Origin: the human T2T-CHM13v2.0 reference genome, Homo sapiens
Strand: one strand, 5' to 3'
DNA length: 64,000 nt
Assembly: GCF_009914755.1 (NCBI RefSeq)
Contig: NC_060929.1
Made by a program: the position numbers and the translations under genes. Below are positions 1 through 15,677 of the stretch, one piece after another. Position 1 is the first letter of the stretch. Each line of letters starts with the position of its first letter. The notes below the pieces were generated by a model. That model saw only the letters and a program-made list of their open reading frames with translations. It was not told the origin of the DNA and made no database searches.

Positions 1-389
1 TTGGCTATTAGACTTCCTGAATACTGCTGAATTGCTTAAGTCATACTGGGGACAATCTTCTAAACTTCTCATTCCCCAAGGACCGATTAAGTTGAGACAT
101 AATCATAAAGTCAACAGGACACATGACAGATGCTTTCAAAATAGATTCAAGTCCCATGGAAAAAAATGTTCAATTCTGCCTGTTGGACAGTTGTCATTTA
201 TACTCTCTTCCGCCTCCCCTCTGGAGTCCTTATAAATATGGTGGCCAATTAGGAAGTTATCATTACTCACCCACAGTGAAAGAATAAACTGTTCATGAAC
301 CATTTTCTCCCTTTAACACAGTGTTCATACATTTCTGAAATGTGTAGGCTTCACTTGCATTGCAGAGACTGGGATGGTGTGTGTGTCTC

Positions 390-552
390 AGATAAGTGCT
401 GCTCACAGCGTGGTGGGGAACAAGCAGCACCACTAACTCTGGGAGCTCATGAGAAATAGTCTCAGGCCCACCCCAGCCCTGCTGAGGCAGAATCTGCATT
501 CTGACCAGATTCTCAGGTGATCTGCAAGTGCATTCAAGTTTGGGAGGCTCCT
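390..552. mobile_element. MER5-like hAT-Charlie DNA transposon fossil
   Basis: caggcccaccccagccctgctgaggcagaatctgcatt...caggtgatctg...aagtttggga resembles the MER5 core. Confidence 0.6.
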
Positions 553-711
553 TGGTCACACAGAGGAGGCAGAGGTGTGACGGTGAAGGTGCCGGCCCCG
601 GCCCAGGAGGCGGGGTTCTGACTGCTCTTCAGCCCCTGCCACTTCAGCTTAGCTGAGGGACAACAGGCGAGTCATATCACCCTCCAAGCTTACCCTCGTT
701 ACATCCAAAAT

Positions 712-1140
712 TGTGAAGGGCCTGAGGTTTTATGTCACTTGTCAGCTAATACGTCAGCCTGCCACTGTGTGTGCATGTGTGTGGAAAAGTGTGTGTGTGT
801 GTGAGTATGAGTGTTCACAACAGAAGGTGCAAGACCTCTGAGTCAGAGAGAGCAGAAAGAACGACATCTTAGCACTAGTTTGCTAAGTGCCAGTCCCCAC
901 AGTGATGTGACATGGTGAGGGCCAAGTGTCACTTATGCATGTAGTGGAATCATCACAGAAGAGAAGCCCCAGAATTAGGGAACGCTGACCTTGTACAGGG
1001 CTGCTGGTGACCTTCCCTCTCCACTGTCGAGAGGGAGAGACAGAGACTTAGCTTGATCCTGGAATGTAAGCAACTGTTTTAGGGAAGTGGAAGGGAAACT
1101 TCTGTAAGCTGTATTGTCCTAAAATGTCTCCTTATACGAA
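712..1140. mobile_element. Old LTR-like element (family uncertain) containing a (TG)n tract at ~766-802
   Basis: Starts tgtgaagggcctgaggtttta...gctaat..cagcctgccac, resembling an ERV LTR terminus. Confidence 0.35.
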
Positions 1141-1771
1141 CATTATTAACTTGGCTGTAAATGTCTTTGCTCAGAGGACCTGGACTGTGCAGAAACATGA
1201 CATGTCCATAGGAACTGTCTCTCAATGTGCCCATGTGTCAGGAGAATGGGTGGCTGGCACACAGCAGGCAACAGTACCTGGCCACTGCCCCGGGGGAGCT
1301 TGTAGTCTGAGAACCACCCACAATGGAACCACAGTGTCATGAGAGGGGAAGTCCCAGGTGCCTGTGGGAACGCACAGGGGTCAGCACACCCTGATGAAGG
1401 CAGGGCTGTCAGGAAAGGGTTCCTGGGGCTGGCTTCCAAGCTGAGACTTGACGTTTGGATTGGCTGGTTCTGAGTGCCAGGCAGGAAGCCCTGACAGTCG
1501 GCCGTGAGAGGGTGGTGGGGATGGGGCCTGCTGCCTTGCTCCTGATGCTCAAGGGCCCGACTTCATTCTGAGGGTTTAGATGGGGGGGACTGGGGAGAGG
1601 GAGAAATACATGTTGATTCCCTGGTTCTGGCTTGGACAACTCAATATCCAAGTTATGAGAGCCTAGTAACAAGATGGAAAGGGGAGCAGAGTTTGAGGGA
1701 CGAAAATGGTGTGCTGTATGTAGGCAATCTGCTATGTTTCTGGGAGTATAAATTGAGATATCCAATCTATG

Positions 1772-2129
1772 CAGTCATCCCTTGGCATCCATGGGAGAGT
1801 GGTTCCAGCACCCCTGTGGATACCACAATCCCACAGATGCTCACATCCCTGATATAAAATAGTGTAGTATGTGCATATAACCTTCACACATCCTCCCATA
1901 TACTTTAAATCATCTCCAGTTACTTACAATTCCTGATACGATGTAAATGCTATGTAAATAGCTGTTATCCTGTATTGTTTGGGGAACAGTGACAAGAAAA
2001 AAAAGTCTGTACCTGTTCAGTACAGATGCAATCATCCATTTTTTTCCTGAATATTTTCAGTTCACAGTTGGGTGACTCTGCCGTGGGTTGAACCCTTGGA
2101 TGCAGAACCCAGATACAGAAGGCTGACTG
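1772..2129. mobile_element. MER2 (TcMar-Tigger) element
   Basis: CAGTC...GACTG termini; cccttggcatccatggg..ggttccag, tatactttaaatcatctc, gaacccagatacagaaggctgactg. Confidence 0.85.
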
Positions 2130-4425
2130 TCTATGATTAACAGGCAAAGAAAAGAACATGAAGGCGGTTGTAACTTACTTTTTTTTCCTGGATATCAGAA
2201 AGTGAAATGCTATTTTTTTGTATTTATTTACTAATATTTGTTTACAAATATTTATTCTTTTGAGAATTATTTGTTCATCTTCTTTTGAATTCACTGGGAA
2301 TTTGATGTGTTTATGACTGATTTATATGAACTTCCCATTCATTTTCAGTCTGTATTAGGTTTTCAGCTATCACTGCTACTTTTTAGAAACCTTAAGTGTG
2401 GAGTTACTTAAAATCCTGGGGGAAAGATTTAGACTGAGCCCAAAGGATAGGCCAAAAAGACAAAAAAGAAGACCTCTGATGGACCAAGACTATGTTCTTT
2501 TGCCCTATTTTCAGAGCTTCAGGGAAATTAAATATAAACGGATGTATGGACAAGTCAATTCTGAGTTTAAGAAATTAAAGCAGTGCTACTAATTGATAAT
2601 TTTACTGATTTGTTAATGTTCTTGAGAAAACTTGACCTTCCAGTAAGTCCAAGTAAACAGATACAATCACCAAACTCCTGGGTTCAAATTAATCACACAC
2701 TAGGAAAAACATGTCTTGCCTTAGATACAACTTTCGATCACGACCACAGCACTGGACAGGGGGCTGAGGGGCTAACCCACGAAGAAGGTCTGGAGAGATA
2801 CCCCTACGTGGCACCCTTGTGTCAAAGTGTGAATGAATTGGGGGGAGAGATGCGGAGAGGAAGAGGCAGGGGGAGAGGGCCAGTCAGCCCCATCCCCAGA
2901 ATCAATGACATCATTTATTCTGCTTTTTTCAAAATGAACATTGATGCTGTTCCCCCAACCAGTACAGATTCACCATATTTCCACCTATCGAAATTCTATG
3001 TGCTCTTTTAGGTTCAAAGAGTATCAACTTTCTCATGTTAATTAAACAGCATGTTAATTGACAACATCCATGTTGTTAATTGTCCTAGTTTTTTTCTCAA
3101 CCCACGGAACTTATTTAATATTGCAGGGTATCAACAACCCTTTTCCCACAAAGAGTGTAGGTTTCAAAAATGTCAAAACAATTCCCTCATGCCCACTTTC
3201 CACTGAAGCCAGGTATAGCTGAAAGTTAACCTTAGCTACAGAGGTCATGCTCTGCTGTTCTGTAGGTAGGAATGTTAGATAAATGCAATGAATTCATGCT
3301 CTTATAATCAAACAAACTTTATACCCCACCACCATCTTTGAAAATAGGCACCCATATCAGAACATGTGTATTTCTACTCCATCATCTTAGCTTCCCTCCC
3401 CTTCATTTCCTACCTCCCACGATGCTCCCCCAAAAAGTAAACAGCAATTACTTCTCTTAATTTAGATTGGCCAAGATTGCCCTAAATTTCATTATCACTC
3501 TGAAACTGCTACAAAGGAATGCTCAACAGATGTCATTTATAATCTTCTTTATTCCTGACTTAGATAAATTCAAAGTGATCTAGTTAGAGGTTTTGTCAAA
3601 TTCTTGGAATACCAAAGATGTCCCCTATTTTCCAGTGTTCTTTCTTCGGTTGTCCCTACCTAGAATGCCAGAGCAACTACAGCCAACCACATTCTGACTA
3701 GCACACCAAACACTCTTGATCGTGCCTAGTTTGCAGGATCCTTAGCCTCAGGCTTGCCCATACATCCTGAAGCCATGTCCACAGAGATGCTACTCCAGTT
3801 CCCCTTAACAGAAAATTCATCCTTACGGCGACCCCAAGTTAACAGTGAAGCAGAAGTGCTCAGACATCCAGGAACTGCCAGAGCCTGCCTGGCGAGCTCC
3901 AGCATGCACTTGTGGGCCCACGAGGACCCTGCCTGCACAGCTGTGTCCTGGGACAGCTACCCTAGCATCTGTCTTCATTTCCTCTTTCCACATGCATTCT
4001 GCAGAAGGCCTTGGCTACCATTAATGGTGGTTACGAAAATTCAATCAGGCTGTCCTCACAGGCGGTTTTCTCAGGAGATAAAGACCCTTCACTGCCCCTT
4101 GCCTTCTGTGCTTTCTTTGCAGCATTGCTAAGTCTACTTGCCACAGCTCATCTTCAGCTGTCCATGTGCTTATCATCTGTTGTTCCCAGTGGCATGGCTG
4201 CCCTGTGAGAAGAGGGATTTTGTTTTGCTCACTAATGTGTCCCCACTGTGTAGAGTACCTGGCACAGACGAGGCACTTACAGACATCAGGGGAATAAGCA
4301 AATGCCCACGTGCAGCGAGTGGATGCTCAGATGTGCGTGCCAGGGAAAACAGCTAAGGGCTGCTGCTGAAAAAATTATGAGGACACGAAACCCTGTCCTA
4401 TACAAATCTACTACAAGAGTGGGGG

Positions 4426-5350
4426 ACTGAGAGCCCCGGTGGGGGGGAATCTTTCTCTACTGAGAGCCCTGGTCGAGAAGAATTTTTCTCTACTGAGAAC
4501 CCTGGTTGGGGCAATCTTTCTGTACTGAGAGACCGGGTCGGGGGGAATCTTTCTCTATTGAGAGCCCTGGTAGGGGGAATCTTTCTGTACTGAGAGCCCG
4601 GGTCAGGGGGAATCTTTCTGTACTGAGAGCCCGGGTCGGGGGGAATCTTTCTCTATTGAGAGCCCTGGTAGGGGGGAATCTTTCTCTACTGAGAGCCCTG
4701 GTGGGGGGGAATCTTTCTCTATTGAGAGCCCTAGTGAGGGGGAATCTTTCTGTACTGAGAGCCCTGGTGGGGGGAATCTTTCTCTACTGAGAGCCCTGGT
4801 AGGGGGAATCCTTCTCTATTGAGAGCCCTGGTGGGGGGAATCCTTCTCTATTGAGAGCCCTGGTGGGGGGGAAATCTTTCTCTACTGAGAGCCCTGGTGG
4901 GGGGAATCTTTCTCTACTGAGAGCCCTAGTGAGGGGGAATCTTTCTCTACTGAGAGCCCTAGTGAGGGGGAATCTTTCTGTACTGAGAGCCATGGTGGGG
5001 GGAATCTTTCTCTATTGAGAGCCCTGGTGGGGGGGAATCTTTCTGTACTGAGAGCCCTGGTGGGGGGAATCTTTCTCTATTGAGAGCCCTAGTTGGGGGG
5101 AATCTTTCTGTACTGAGAGCCCTGGTGGGGGGAATCTTTCTCTACTGAGAGCCCTAGTGAGGGGGAATCTTTCTCTACTGAGAGCCCTAGTGAGGGGGAA
5201 TCTTTCTGTACTGAGAGCCCTGGTGGGGGGAATCTTTCTCTATTGAGAGCCCTAGTGGGGGGGAATCTTTCTGTACTGAGAGCCCTGGTGGGGGGAATCT
5301 TTCTCTATTGAGAGCCCTGGTGGGGAGAATCTTTCTCTACTGAGAGCCCT
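4426..5350. repeat. G-rich minisatellite (VNTR), ~33-bp unit, ~28 copies
   Basis: Unit ACTGAGAGCCCTGGTGGGGGG(G)AATCTTTCTCT with variants; translates as repeated GGNLSLLRALV (11 aa). Confidence 0.97.
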
Positions 5351-5699
5351 GCGGGTGGAGGAAAGGGAGGAATCTCTCCATGGCTTTGGCTGGTGCCAGT
5401 TTTACCTCAGACCCTGGACCTGGATTCTGATCTCTTGCTACCAGCTGCATTGGCTTTGGATCCCGAGCCCTGTGTGAGGGTTCCTGAACCTCACTGCCCA
5501 GGCTCCAGGTCCTAACATCTGGCTCAGCAGTGCTCCCTGCACTTCATTCCTTTTCTGTAAAGACCTGGGCCACCTGCTCATCCCCACTACTCCAGGAGAC
5601 CTCCCTAGCCTGGCTTCTGCCCGGCCACACTGCCTGTGGTGCTGGTCTTTGTGCCTGACTTCCCAACCTCCATGCCACTGTAAACCACATATCTAAGGC

Positions 5700-6000
5700 A
5701 ATCTTAGCAATGTCTGACTTAGGGATAGGCAGGTCACCTGATTCTGGCCAATGAGTTTGCTAGGGGGCTTCTGGCGAAGCTTTACTTGCTCCTAAAAAGA
5801 GATGAAAGAGAAGATGCCTGTTTCTTCCTCTCAATGCCACTTGTCTGGGTGTGAAGCATGGATCTACTATGGCCAACCCTCTGCCAGCCTGTGGAGGCAG
5901 CTGCTCTAGGAGGAGGGCAGAGAGGTGGCCCTGGAAAAGCCCCAGGCACCCACCTCTCCTGTGGTCAACCCCATCCTGAGACTTCTTCAAGGAGTCAATG
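5700..6000 (+). mobile_element. Old MLT1-like (ERVL-MaLR) LTR fragment
   Basis: ggtcacctgattctggccaatgag...gggggcttctgg motif typical of old MLT1 subfamilies. Confidence 0.45.
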
Positions 6001-6202
6001 TGTCCTTGCTGCCTGGGCCTGCAGCCTGGCTGCATGAGATGCCTCTCTCCCCAACCCTGAAGAGTCCTGATGTCCCTGAGGAGTTCAGCCATGGACCTCC
6101 AGAAAGTCCTGTCACCACAGTGAGCTTCCGCTTTCTCAGTGATGACAATGTGCAGGCTGAACCTAGCCATGGTTCCCAATTTTCATGCCTAAGGACTTCC
6201 TT

Positions 6203-6790
6203 CTTATTGAGGTAACATTCATAGAACATAAAATCCATTTTAACCACCTTAAATTATACAATTTAGTGGCTTTTAATACATTCACTATGTTATGCAACCC
6301 ACCACCACCATCTAATTCCAGAACTTTCATCATCCTCAAAAGCAATCGATACCCATTAAGCTGTCACTCACCATTCCCCTTTTTCTCCTCAGCCCCTGGC
6401 AATCAGTCATCTGCTGCCTGTGTCTATGCATTTGCTTATTCTGGATATTTCATATAAATGGCCTTGTTGAATATGTGGCCTGGTGTCTGGTTTCTTTTAT
6501 GTAGCACAATGTTTTTAAAGTTCCTCCATGACTGTATCGTTAATCAGCACTTCATTCTTTGTATGACTTACCATGTTTTGTTTCTCCACTCATTGGCTGA
6601 TGAGCATTTGGGCTGTTTCAATTTTTTGGCTATTGTGAATAATGATGGGATGAACATTCATGTACAAGTTTCTGCTTGAGCACTTGTTTTCAGTTCTCTT
6701 GAGTGTATACCTAGGAAGGGAATTGCCAGGTCACATGGAAATGCTGTTTAGCTTTTTGAGGGTCCATCAAACTGCTTACCACAACAGCAA
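6203..6790 (-). mobile_element. L1MB-type LINE-1 3' end
   Basis: ttattgaggtaacattca...ccatctaattccagaactttcatcatcc...catttgggctgtttcaattttttggctattgtgaataatg. Confidence 0.8.
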
Positions 6791-6814
6791 GGGCCTTGTT
6801 TTTTGTTTTAAAAA

Positions 6815-7178
6815 TATTTTTATTATGGTTAAAACACTTATCACAAAACTTACCATCTTAACCATTTTAAGTGTACAGCTTAGTAGTGTTAAGTATATTT
6901 ACATTGTTGAGAAACAGATCTCCAGATCTTTGTCATCTTGCAAATCTGATACTCTGTACACATTAAACACTAATCCACATTTCCCTTTCCCCCAGTCCCT
7001 GGTAAGCACCATTCTAACTTTCTATGAGTCTGACTACTTTAGATACTGCATATACATAGAATCATGCAGTACTTTTCCTTTGGTAGCTGGTTTCTTTCAC
7101 TAGGCATAATGACCTCCAGGTTCCCCCATGACGTGGCATATGACAGGATTTCCCCTTTTTAAGGTTGAATAATATTCC

Positions 7179-7234
<56 letters not shown>

Positions 7235-7385
7235 CCCTACATTTTGTTTCTCCATTCATCTGTTGATGGGCACGTGAGTTGCTTCCACCTCCTGGCTACT
7301 GTGAACAGTGCTGCTATGAACACAGGAGTACAGATATCTCTTGGTGACCCTGCTGCTTTCAATTCTTTTGGGTATATGCCCAGAA
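6815..7385 (-). mobile_element. Second L1MB/L1MA-type 3' end containing (GT)~25 at 7182-7231
   Basis: ttaccatcttaaccattttaagtgtacag...ggctactgtgaacagtgctgctatgaacacagga. Confidence 0.8.
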
Positions 7386-9889
7386 GAGGACGAGGGCTAA
7401 TTTTTAACACAAAAAACTTTGTGGATTGCTACCCAATATATGTTTCACTTTTGGTATCTAGATCCTTCTGGATCTTTAGCAAAATCTGACATCTCACCTC
7501 TCAAGGCCTCCATTTAGGAGCACCTGGATTAAGTGATCCTCAGGTTGTGTCCAACTCTAAATCTGCTGATTCTATGAGAATCCCTTGGGTAGAACACCAC
7601 CCTTGATACTCCAGCCCGTATTAATTCCACAGTAATGACTACAGTCCTGCCTTAGGGGATGTGCACTATAAAAAATCAAAGTAAACACCTGCCGAGAGAG
7701 AAGGGAAGGCCCAACAGAACATGTGAGGATAAAGAATTTTCTTCCCCAACATGGCTACTACTGCATTCACCTTTTTTCACCAACTGGAAAATAAGAAGTA
7801 ATCAAGTTAATTGACTATTTTATCTTTAGAGAATCAAAGTCCAAGATAATTATTACTGATTCAGCAAGTGTTTTCTGAGTGCTATGCCTTCTGAGACAAT
7901 TGAAGTCAACAGGGCTTATCTAGATAAAAAGTACTTAAAAACTTCAGGCCTAGTCATTTTAATGTAATAAACTCAATAAGGGCTCTTACTTTGATGTGGT
8001 TATTATTACATATTTCATTCTATAAAATCCAAGCACTGGAGAGTTGATTTAAATTCAGTTCATATGTTTATGTAGTAAGAAAACACTCCTGATAAATAGT
8101 GCAACCTTTCAAGTCACACCATAAAAACAAAGGAGCCTCCGTTCCAAGAGGATGACTGCAGTGCAGACACACAGAGCAGAGCCTGGAAGGGAGAACTGAT
8201 AGCCCCATTTCCTTTCTTCCCTCCTTCCATCAGATCAAAACAGTCCTGCCGGTGTAGATAGGAGTGTGGCAATCTTAGAAGGAGGCTGGGACCTGTGGAG
8301 GGAGAGAGAGCAGGAAGGGGCCATTCGGAAGCTCATAAATCACACCTGGTTTCCACATCCGTTATGTAGCCAGAGTTGTACAAATACTGTCTCAAAGCCT
8401 ATTACCAGAAGCCACTGGCCCTAGAGGAAAGCCTGGCCGCCCGCACTTTCTTTCTTATCCCCAAATCTAAGGAGTTCAGCCAGGATCTCGGACATATGGG
8501 TACCCATATGCTGTGCCGCTCTGTGGCGAGGCTTTGATTCACTGCCTGCCAGCCTCAAACCTTTCTCTGGCATCCACCTCCAGGACAGGAGGAATCAGGC
8601 TAGATTCACTGGGAATCCTGACAGTGCTATTACCCTGTGTTCCTAGGGCGACTCTGAGCAAAACTCCTTAAAATACTCACAGCGTCATTTCTACTGATCA
8701 TGCTAAAATACACATATCCACAGGTGTTGGGAGAAATGTTTAATTTCTATTATATACAACAACAAAAGTGGTATTGGGCCATGATGAATTAATCCATGAT
8801 TAAGGCAGTCCCATGTGCTTAAGAAGGCAATTATTTAGCTGGGAAAATGAGCTAAACATGAAGATATATTCTATTTACATTTATTTTTTATCTAAAGAAA
8901 CAAAATGAATTAAGCTTTGCCACTATTTACTATGTGGCCCCCAGGCAGACTGTCCCTCACCGGCCTCCTGGTCCTGAGAGCTCCCAGGGAAGCCGTGGGG
9001 CCGCCACCCAAAGGCCTCCATGCCCTTCATCTGCTTTCAGTGTCTTGCAACATACCCATGACTCCATCTGGTTAACGGGGTAATGAGTTCAATTCTCTAG
9101 TATCATCCTCAATATATCCCAAGTGCCTCAAACTGTGCTCAGATGATGAATTTAGAGTGAATTTAAGCTAACTTTTACAAAATGGACAAGTAGCTTAAAA
9201 AAAAATTCCTGAAAAAATAACCTCTGGAGGCCGAAGTTAATCTCAATACAAGCACAAGTGAACATAAGCAAAGGGAAGCACTCCTGCCTGTCGTCATTGG
9301 TCTCCATGTTACAAATACCAACAACCTAGTCACATGTGACAAGAAGCAGCTCTCCCTAACAAAACCTGAAATTGCCTGGAAGCCCATTAGAAATTTAGAT
9401 TTACATCCTGAATCATTAACGAGAAATCCCATCTCAAGGGTATCTGGACCTTGAGATGAGCTAATGATAGTACCAAGTCACTAGAAATAGCAAGACATTT
9501 AAAATACTGCTGATTTCATCTTTATCAAATATCTTACCATTCATTTTGTATATGTTTCATAACTTATATAGTGGTAATGCAGTGCACATGTATACTTTTA
9601 AAATGAATACTCATATGCTGGGGATGCATGCAGAAAACATTTTTCTTAATTGATGGAGTGTGTGATCAAATTTGGGGCCACACCACTGTACACAGCATGC
9701 CCTTGGTCAGGAAAATGGGCTGCTGCAGTGCTCAGCCTGAGCAACAGTAAACACTGGCATAGGGGAAGAGAGAATCATTTGCCATGTAAGCATCATAGTT
9801 AATAAATTATCGTGCTGTCATTGCTGTTGGAATGCCAACAGAGCCAGGTACTGCCAGCTGACGCCTAGTAGCACAAGGTGCTGCTTGCT

Positions 9890-10325
9890 TGTTGTGGGTT
9901 GAATTTACGTTTCCCCCAGAAACAGAGGTTGAGATCCTAGGCTCCAGTACTTAAGGGCATGACCTTATCTACAAACAGGGTTGTTGCAGATGTAATTAGT
10001 TAAGAAGAGGTCATACTGGAGAAGGGTAGGCCCCTAATGCAATAGGACAGGTGTCTTTATAAAAAGGGGAAGTTTGGTCACAGACAGGCACACAGGGAGA
10101 ACGTCAGGCAAAGGCAGCAGAGTGAGGCTGCCACCAGCCAAGCACTATCAGAAGCTGCGAGACAGGCCTGCGACAGACCTTCCCCAGCGCCTGCAGAGGG
10201 AGTGTGGTCCTGCCAACACCTTGATCTCAAGCTTCTGGCCTCCACAACTGTGAGACGAAACATTTCTGTTTTTAAACCACCCAGTTTGTGCAACTGTGTT
10301 ATGGGAGCACTAGGAAAACTAATGT
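9890..10325 (+). mobile_element. MLT1B/C (ERVL-MaLR) solo LTR
   Basis: tgttgtgggttgaat...gatgtaattagttaag..gaggtcatactgga...ttctggcctccacaactgtgaga...gcactaggaaaactaa. Confidence 0.85.
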
Positions 10326-11089
10326 GCTGCTTCTTGGTGGAGAGGCAGCCAGCCTGCCTGGAAGTTCTGCCCACTCTAACCTGGGTGGAGATGAGAATGG
10401 CTTTGTCCTAATGGCAGATCTCGAAGCTGCCATTAGGACAGCCTGCAGCCTCTGGAGAGGCTGCCAGACGCCAACCCTCCCCGGGCAGCCTCGCTTGCAC
10501 AGATGTCATCCTGCATGGGGCTTCACACGCAGCGGATGCTGCCAGCAGACTCGGCTGCCGTCAGGGGGTTTGAGGGCTTGTGCTTGTTCTGTCAACTTTC
10601 TGCCGCCCAAGTTGCCACAGGCAAAACGCTTCCTTTTACCACTCCCTTGCTGGCACATAAACGGTGACACTTCAGCAATGCCCCATTTTGCCTACAAACT
10701 TGGTCTCTGAGTCTCAGTCTGACAAACCTGACAGGAAGAACTGCCCAACAGCAACGGGAATCTTCCTGATTCTCCTTCCCAGGGCAGATGGGCTATTTGT
10801 TACTATTTTATGCTGCCATGAAATCAGGCCTGCTTTTTATTCTGAGGGTCTTGCTGTACCTTCCTTACAGCTTCTCCCTGGAAGAGGCCTCTCAGTCCAT
10901 AAGCAGTGACAACCAGTTACCCCCTCAAACAGACACTACATGTCACTCAGTGCCTGGGCCATGTTGCGGCTCTGCCTTTGGCCAGTGCAGGGCTCTGTGG
11001 CCCGTGGCACTCCAGCACCTGGGTCAGCTGCTGCTGGCAAGTGGTGGGCCCTGTCTGCCAGCACAGGGCACTCACAATATTGGAGCTGA

Positions 11090-11504
<415 letters not shown>

Positions 11505-11772
11505 TTAAAAGGCAGCTGGCAACTAGCCTGGATATAAAAGGTGACATTAGAACTTAAGGGTAATGTTGAAATTGGTTCACCAAACGGCTTAAAGTTCAAA
11601 CATGCAGATCATGGCTAAAGATAAAAATTCCCAGGCATACAGGCCTGAGATTTAAGCTGGCACATTGCTGGGCCATCTTTTAACTGAAGTTTTAAATTTT
11701 CTATTTATTATCTTAACAATGAACTTGACTGAGAGAACCATTAAAAATTGCTATAGATCACCATTTGGCATC

Positions 11773-12237
11773 TGCTACGGGTTGACTTGTGTCCTCCAAA
11801 AAAGGCATGCTGAAATCCTAACTCCCAGTACTTCAGAGTGTGAGCTTATTTGGAAGTGGGATCTTTATTAATCCAGTTAAAATGAAGTCATCAGGATGGG
11901 TCCTAATCCAATATGACCAGTGTCCTTATGAAAAGGGGAAATTTGGACACAAAGACACACAAAGAGGAAAGATGATGTAGAGACACAGGGAGAAACCATG
12001 TAAAGGCACAGGACTGGAGTGATGCATCTACAAGCCAGGGGATGCCAGAGATTGCAGAAACCACCAGAAGCTAGGGGAGCAGCATGGAACACATGCTTCC
12101 CACAGCTCTCAGAAGCAACCAACCTGCCAACACCTTGCTTTCAGCATTCTGGCCTCCAGAACTGAGATGACAAATGTGTTATTTAAAGCCACCCAGGTTG
12201 TGGCATTTTGTTAAGGCAGCCCTGGGAAACAAATACA
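11773..12237 (+). mobile_element. MLT1C-like solo LTR
   Basis: tgctacgggttgacttgtgtcctccaaaa...ctacaagccaggggatgcca...ggcagccctgggaaacaaataca. Confidence 0.85.
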
Positions 12238-12249
12238 GTATATCTGCAG

Positions 12250-13400
<1,151 letters not shown>

Positions 13401-13959
13401 CACCACAGATGTAATAACAGCTATCACTTAATACGTGACTGAGATGGTTGAGGTGTTTTTATATGTTGTCTAATTGACCAGTGAATTATAATCACATGAG
13501 GCAAATATTATGATTCCCACTGGCACTCTAGGCCTCACCCAGGACCAAGAAGAGGTCCATCTTGGTTGGAAAGGGATGAGGGAACTGAAAGGCTCTCGCC
13601 CACAAGGCTCAGCACACACACAGAGCCTGCTGAAGTCCAATGGCAGGGCAGGAAAATAGACACACCTTCCAGGCATTCATATCCTAAGCCACTACAAGTG
13701 GGAAGGTTATAATCCTACCTTCAATTAATTTGATATTTGTGAGGTCTTGAATCTAACTTAAGCAGCAATACAGCCCAGGCCCGGTTCAACTATAAATACT
13801 AAATTAACTCACACACACACACACACACACACACGAATGGGTTTGAACAGAAAAGGCATGCTGTTTTCTGGACTGATGTAAATATTATTTACTTCAGCTT
13901 CTAGTGTTATTTCTGTCTCTGTCATTCTTTTACACACCAGGTTTTACTTTACTTAAAAA

Positions 13960-14975
13960 TTAAAAGACCCTCGAAGAAGTGATGTGACCCACTGTAAAGA
14001 AACAAACAGTTAACAGAATGAGGGACCAAGCCTGGATGTTGGACTCATCAGATGAAGATTTAAAATAACTGTGATAAATATCTGTGAAAAGACAGGAAAT
14101 TTCAGCAGAGAAATGGAAGCTATACATTTTTAAAAGCCAAATGGAAGTGGAAATGAAAAACAGGATATCAAAGATGAATTCTTTCACTGGACTTATTGCC
14201 ACACTGGGCACAAGAGAAAGGAGTCAGGTTCAAAAGAAACCATCTACACTGAAATAGGAGAGGAAAAAAGAGTCGGCGGCAGAGAGGAGAAAAACAGAGC
14301 ATCCGAGGCCTGTGAACATATCAGATGTTCACTATGGGTACAACTAGAGTCTCAAAAAAAGAAGAGAAAAATGAAGCAAGGATATTTTTGAAAAGACAAT
14401 GGCCAACAATTTTTCCAAGCTGATGACACCAAACCATAGATAAAAAATGCTCAGTGAATCCCAAGTAAGATACATACAAAGACAACCAAACTTGGTGCAT
14501 CACAAACACACTGTTGAAAAACAGAAATAAAGAGAAAATCTTGAAAGTAACCATAGGTAAACAGAAACATTACATACAGAGAAAAATGACAAGAATTATG
14601 GCTGACTTCTCGCTGTACACAATGGAAGCCAGAAAAAAATGGAATGCCATGTTTAACACATTGAAAGAAAAAATTTTTAACTAGGAATTCAATATATAGT
14701 GAAAACATCTTTCAAAAGTAAAAGCAAAACAAAGACATTTTCAGAAAGACAAAACCTGGAAGAATTCATCTCCAGCAGACATTTACTATCACAAATATTT
14801 TCAGAAAGAGAATAAAACAGACAGAAACCCAGTGGGAAGAAATAAAGGACACCAGACAGAATGAACATTAGATGTGCATAATGAATCTTTAAAAGATATT
14901 TCATATCTATCTTTCTTTAAACATCTTTAAAAGGCTACTATTAAAAACAATAACAATGTAAGTGGAAGTTGTAGC
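13960..14975 (+). mobile_element. Ancient L1M ORF1-region fragment (resumes to ~15630)
   Basis: A-rich, degraded ORF1-like sequence (gagaaaatcttgaaagtaacc, acaatggaagccagaa, gaattcatctccagcagac). Confidence 0.7.
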
Positions 14976-15495
<520 letters not shown>

Positions 15496-15677
15496 TTTTT
15501 ATAGTATTGGTAGAAGTAAAGTATATGACAAAACACAAAGTGGGTAGAGTGGTAATTAGAAGTATACTGTTGTAAGTTTCTTAAGTTGTTTATGAAGTAG
15601 TAGACTAGTTTCTGAAGGCAGACTAAGTTAAAATGAGGGTTGGCAAAGCTTTTCTATAAAGGGCGAGATAATAAGTT

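Noticed and set aside
4426-5350. CRISPR-like array or repeat-protein ORFs (4506..4790, 4784..4993)
   Set aside because: Units are head-to-tail with no unique spacers and no cas genes; variable G-run length breaks the frames. It is a eukaryotic minisatellite.
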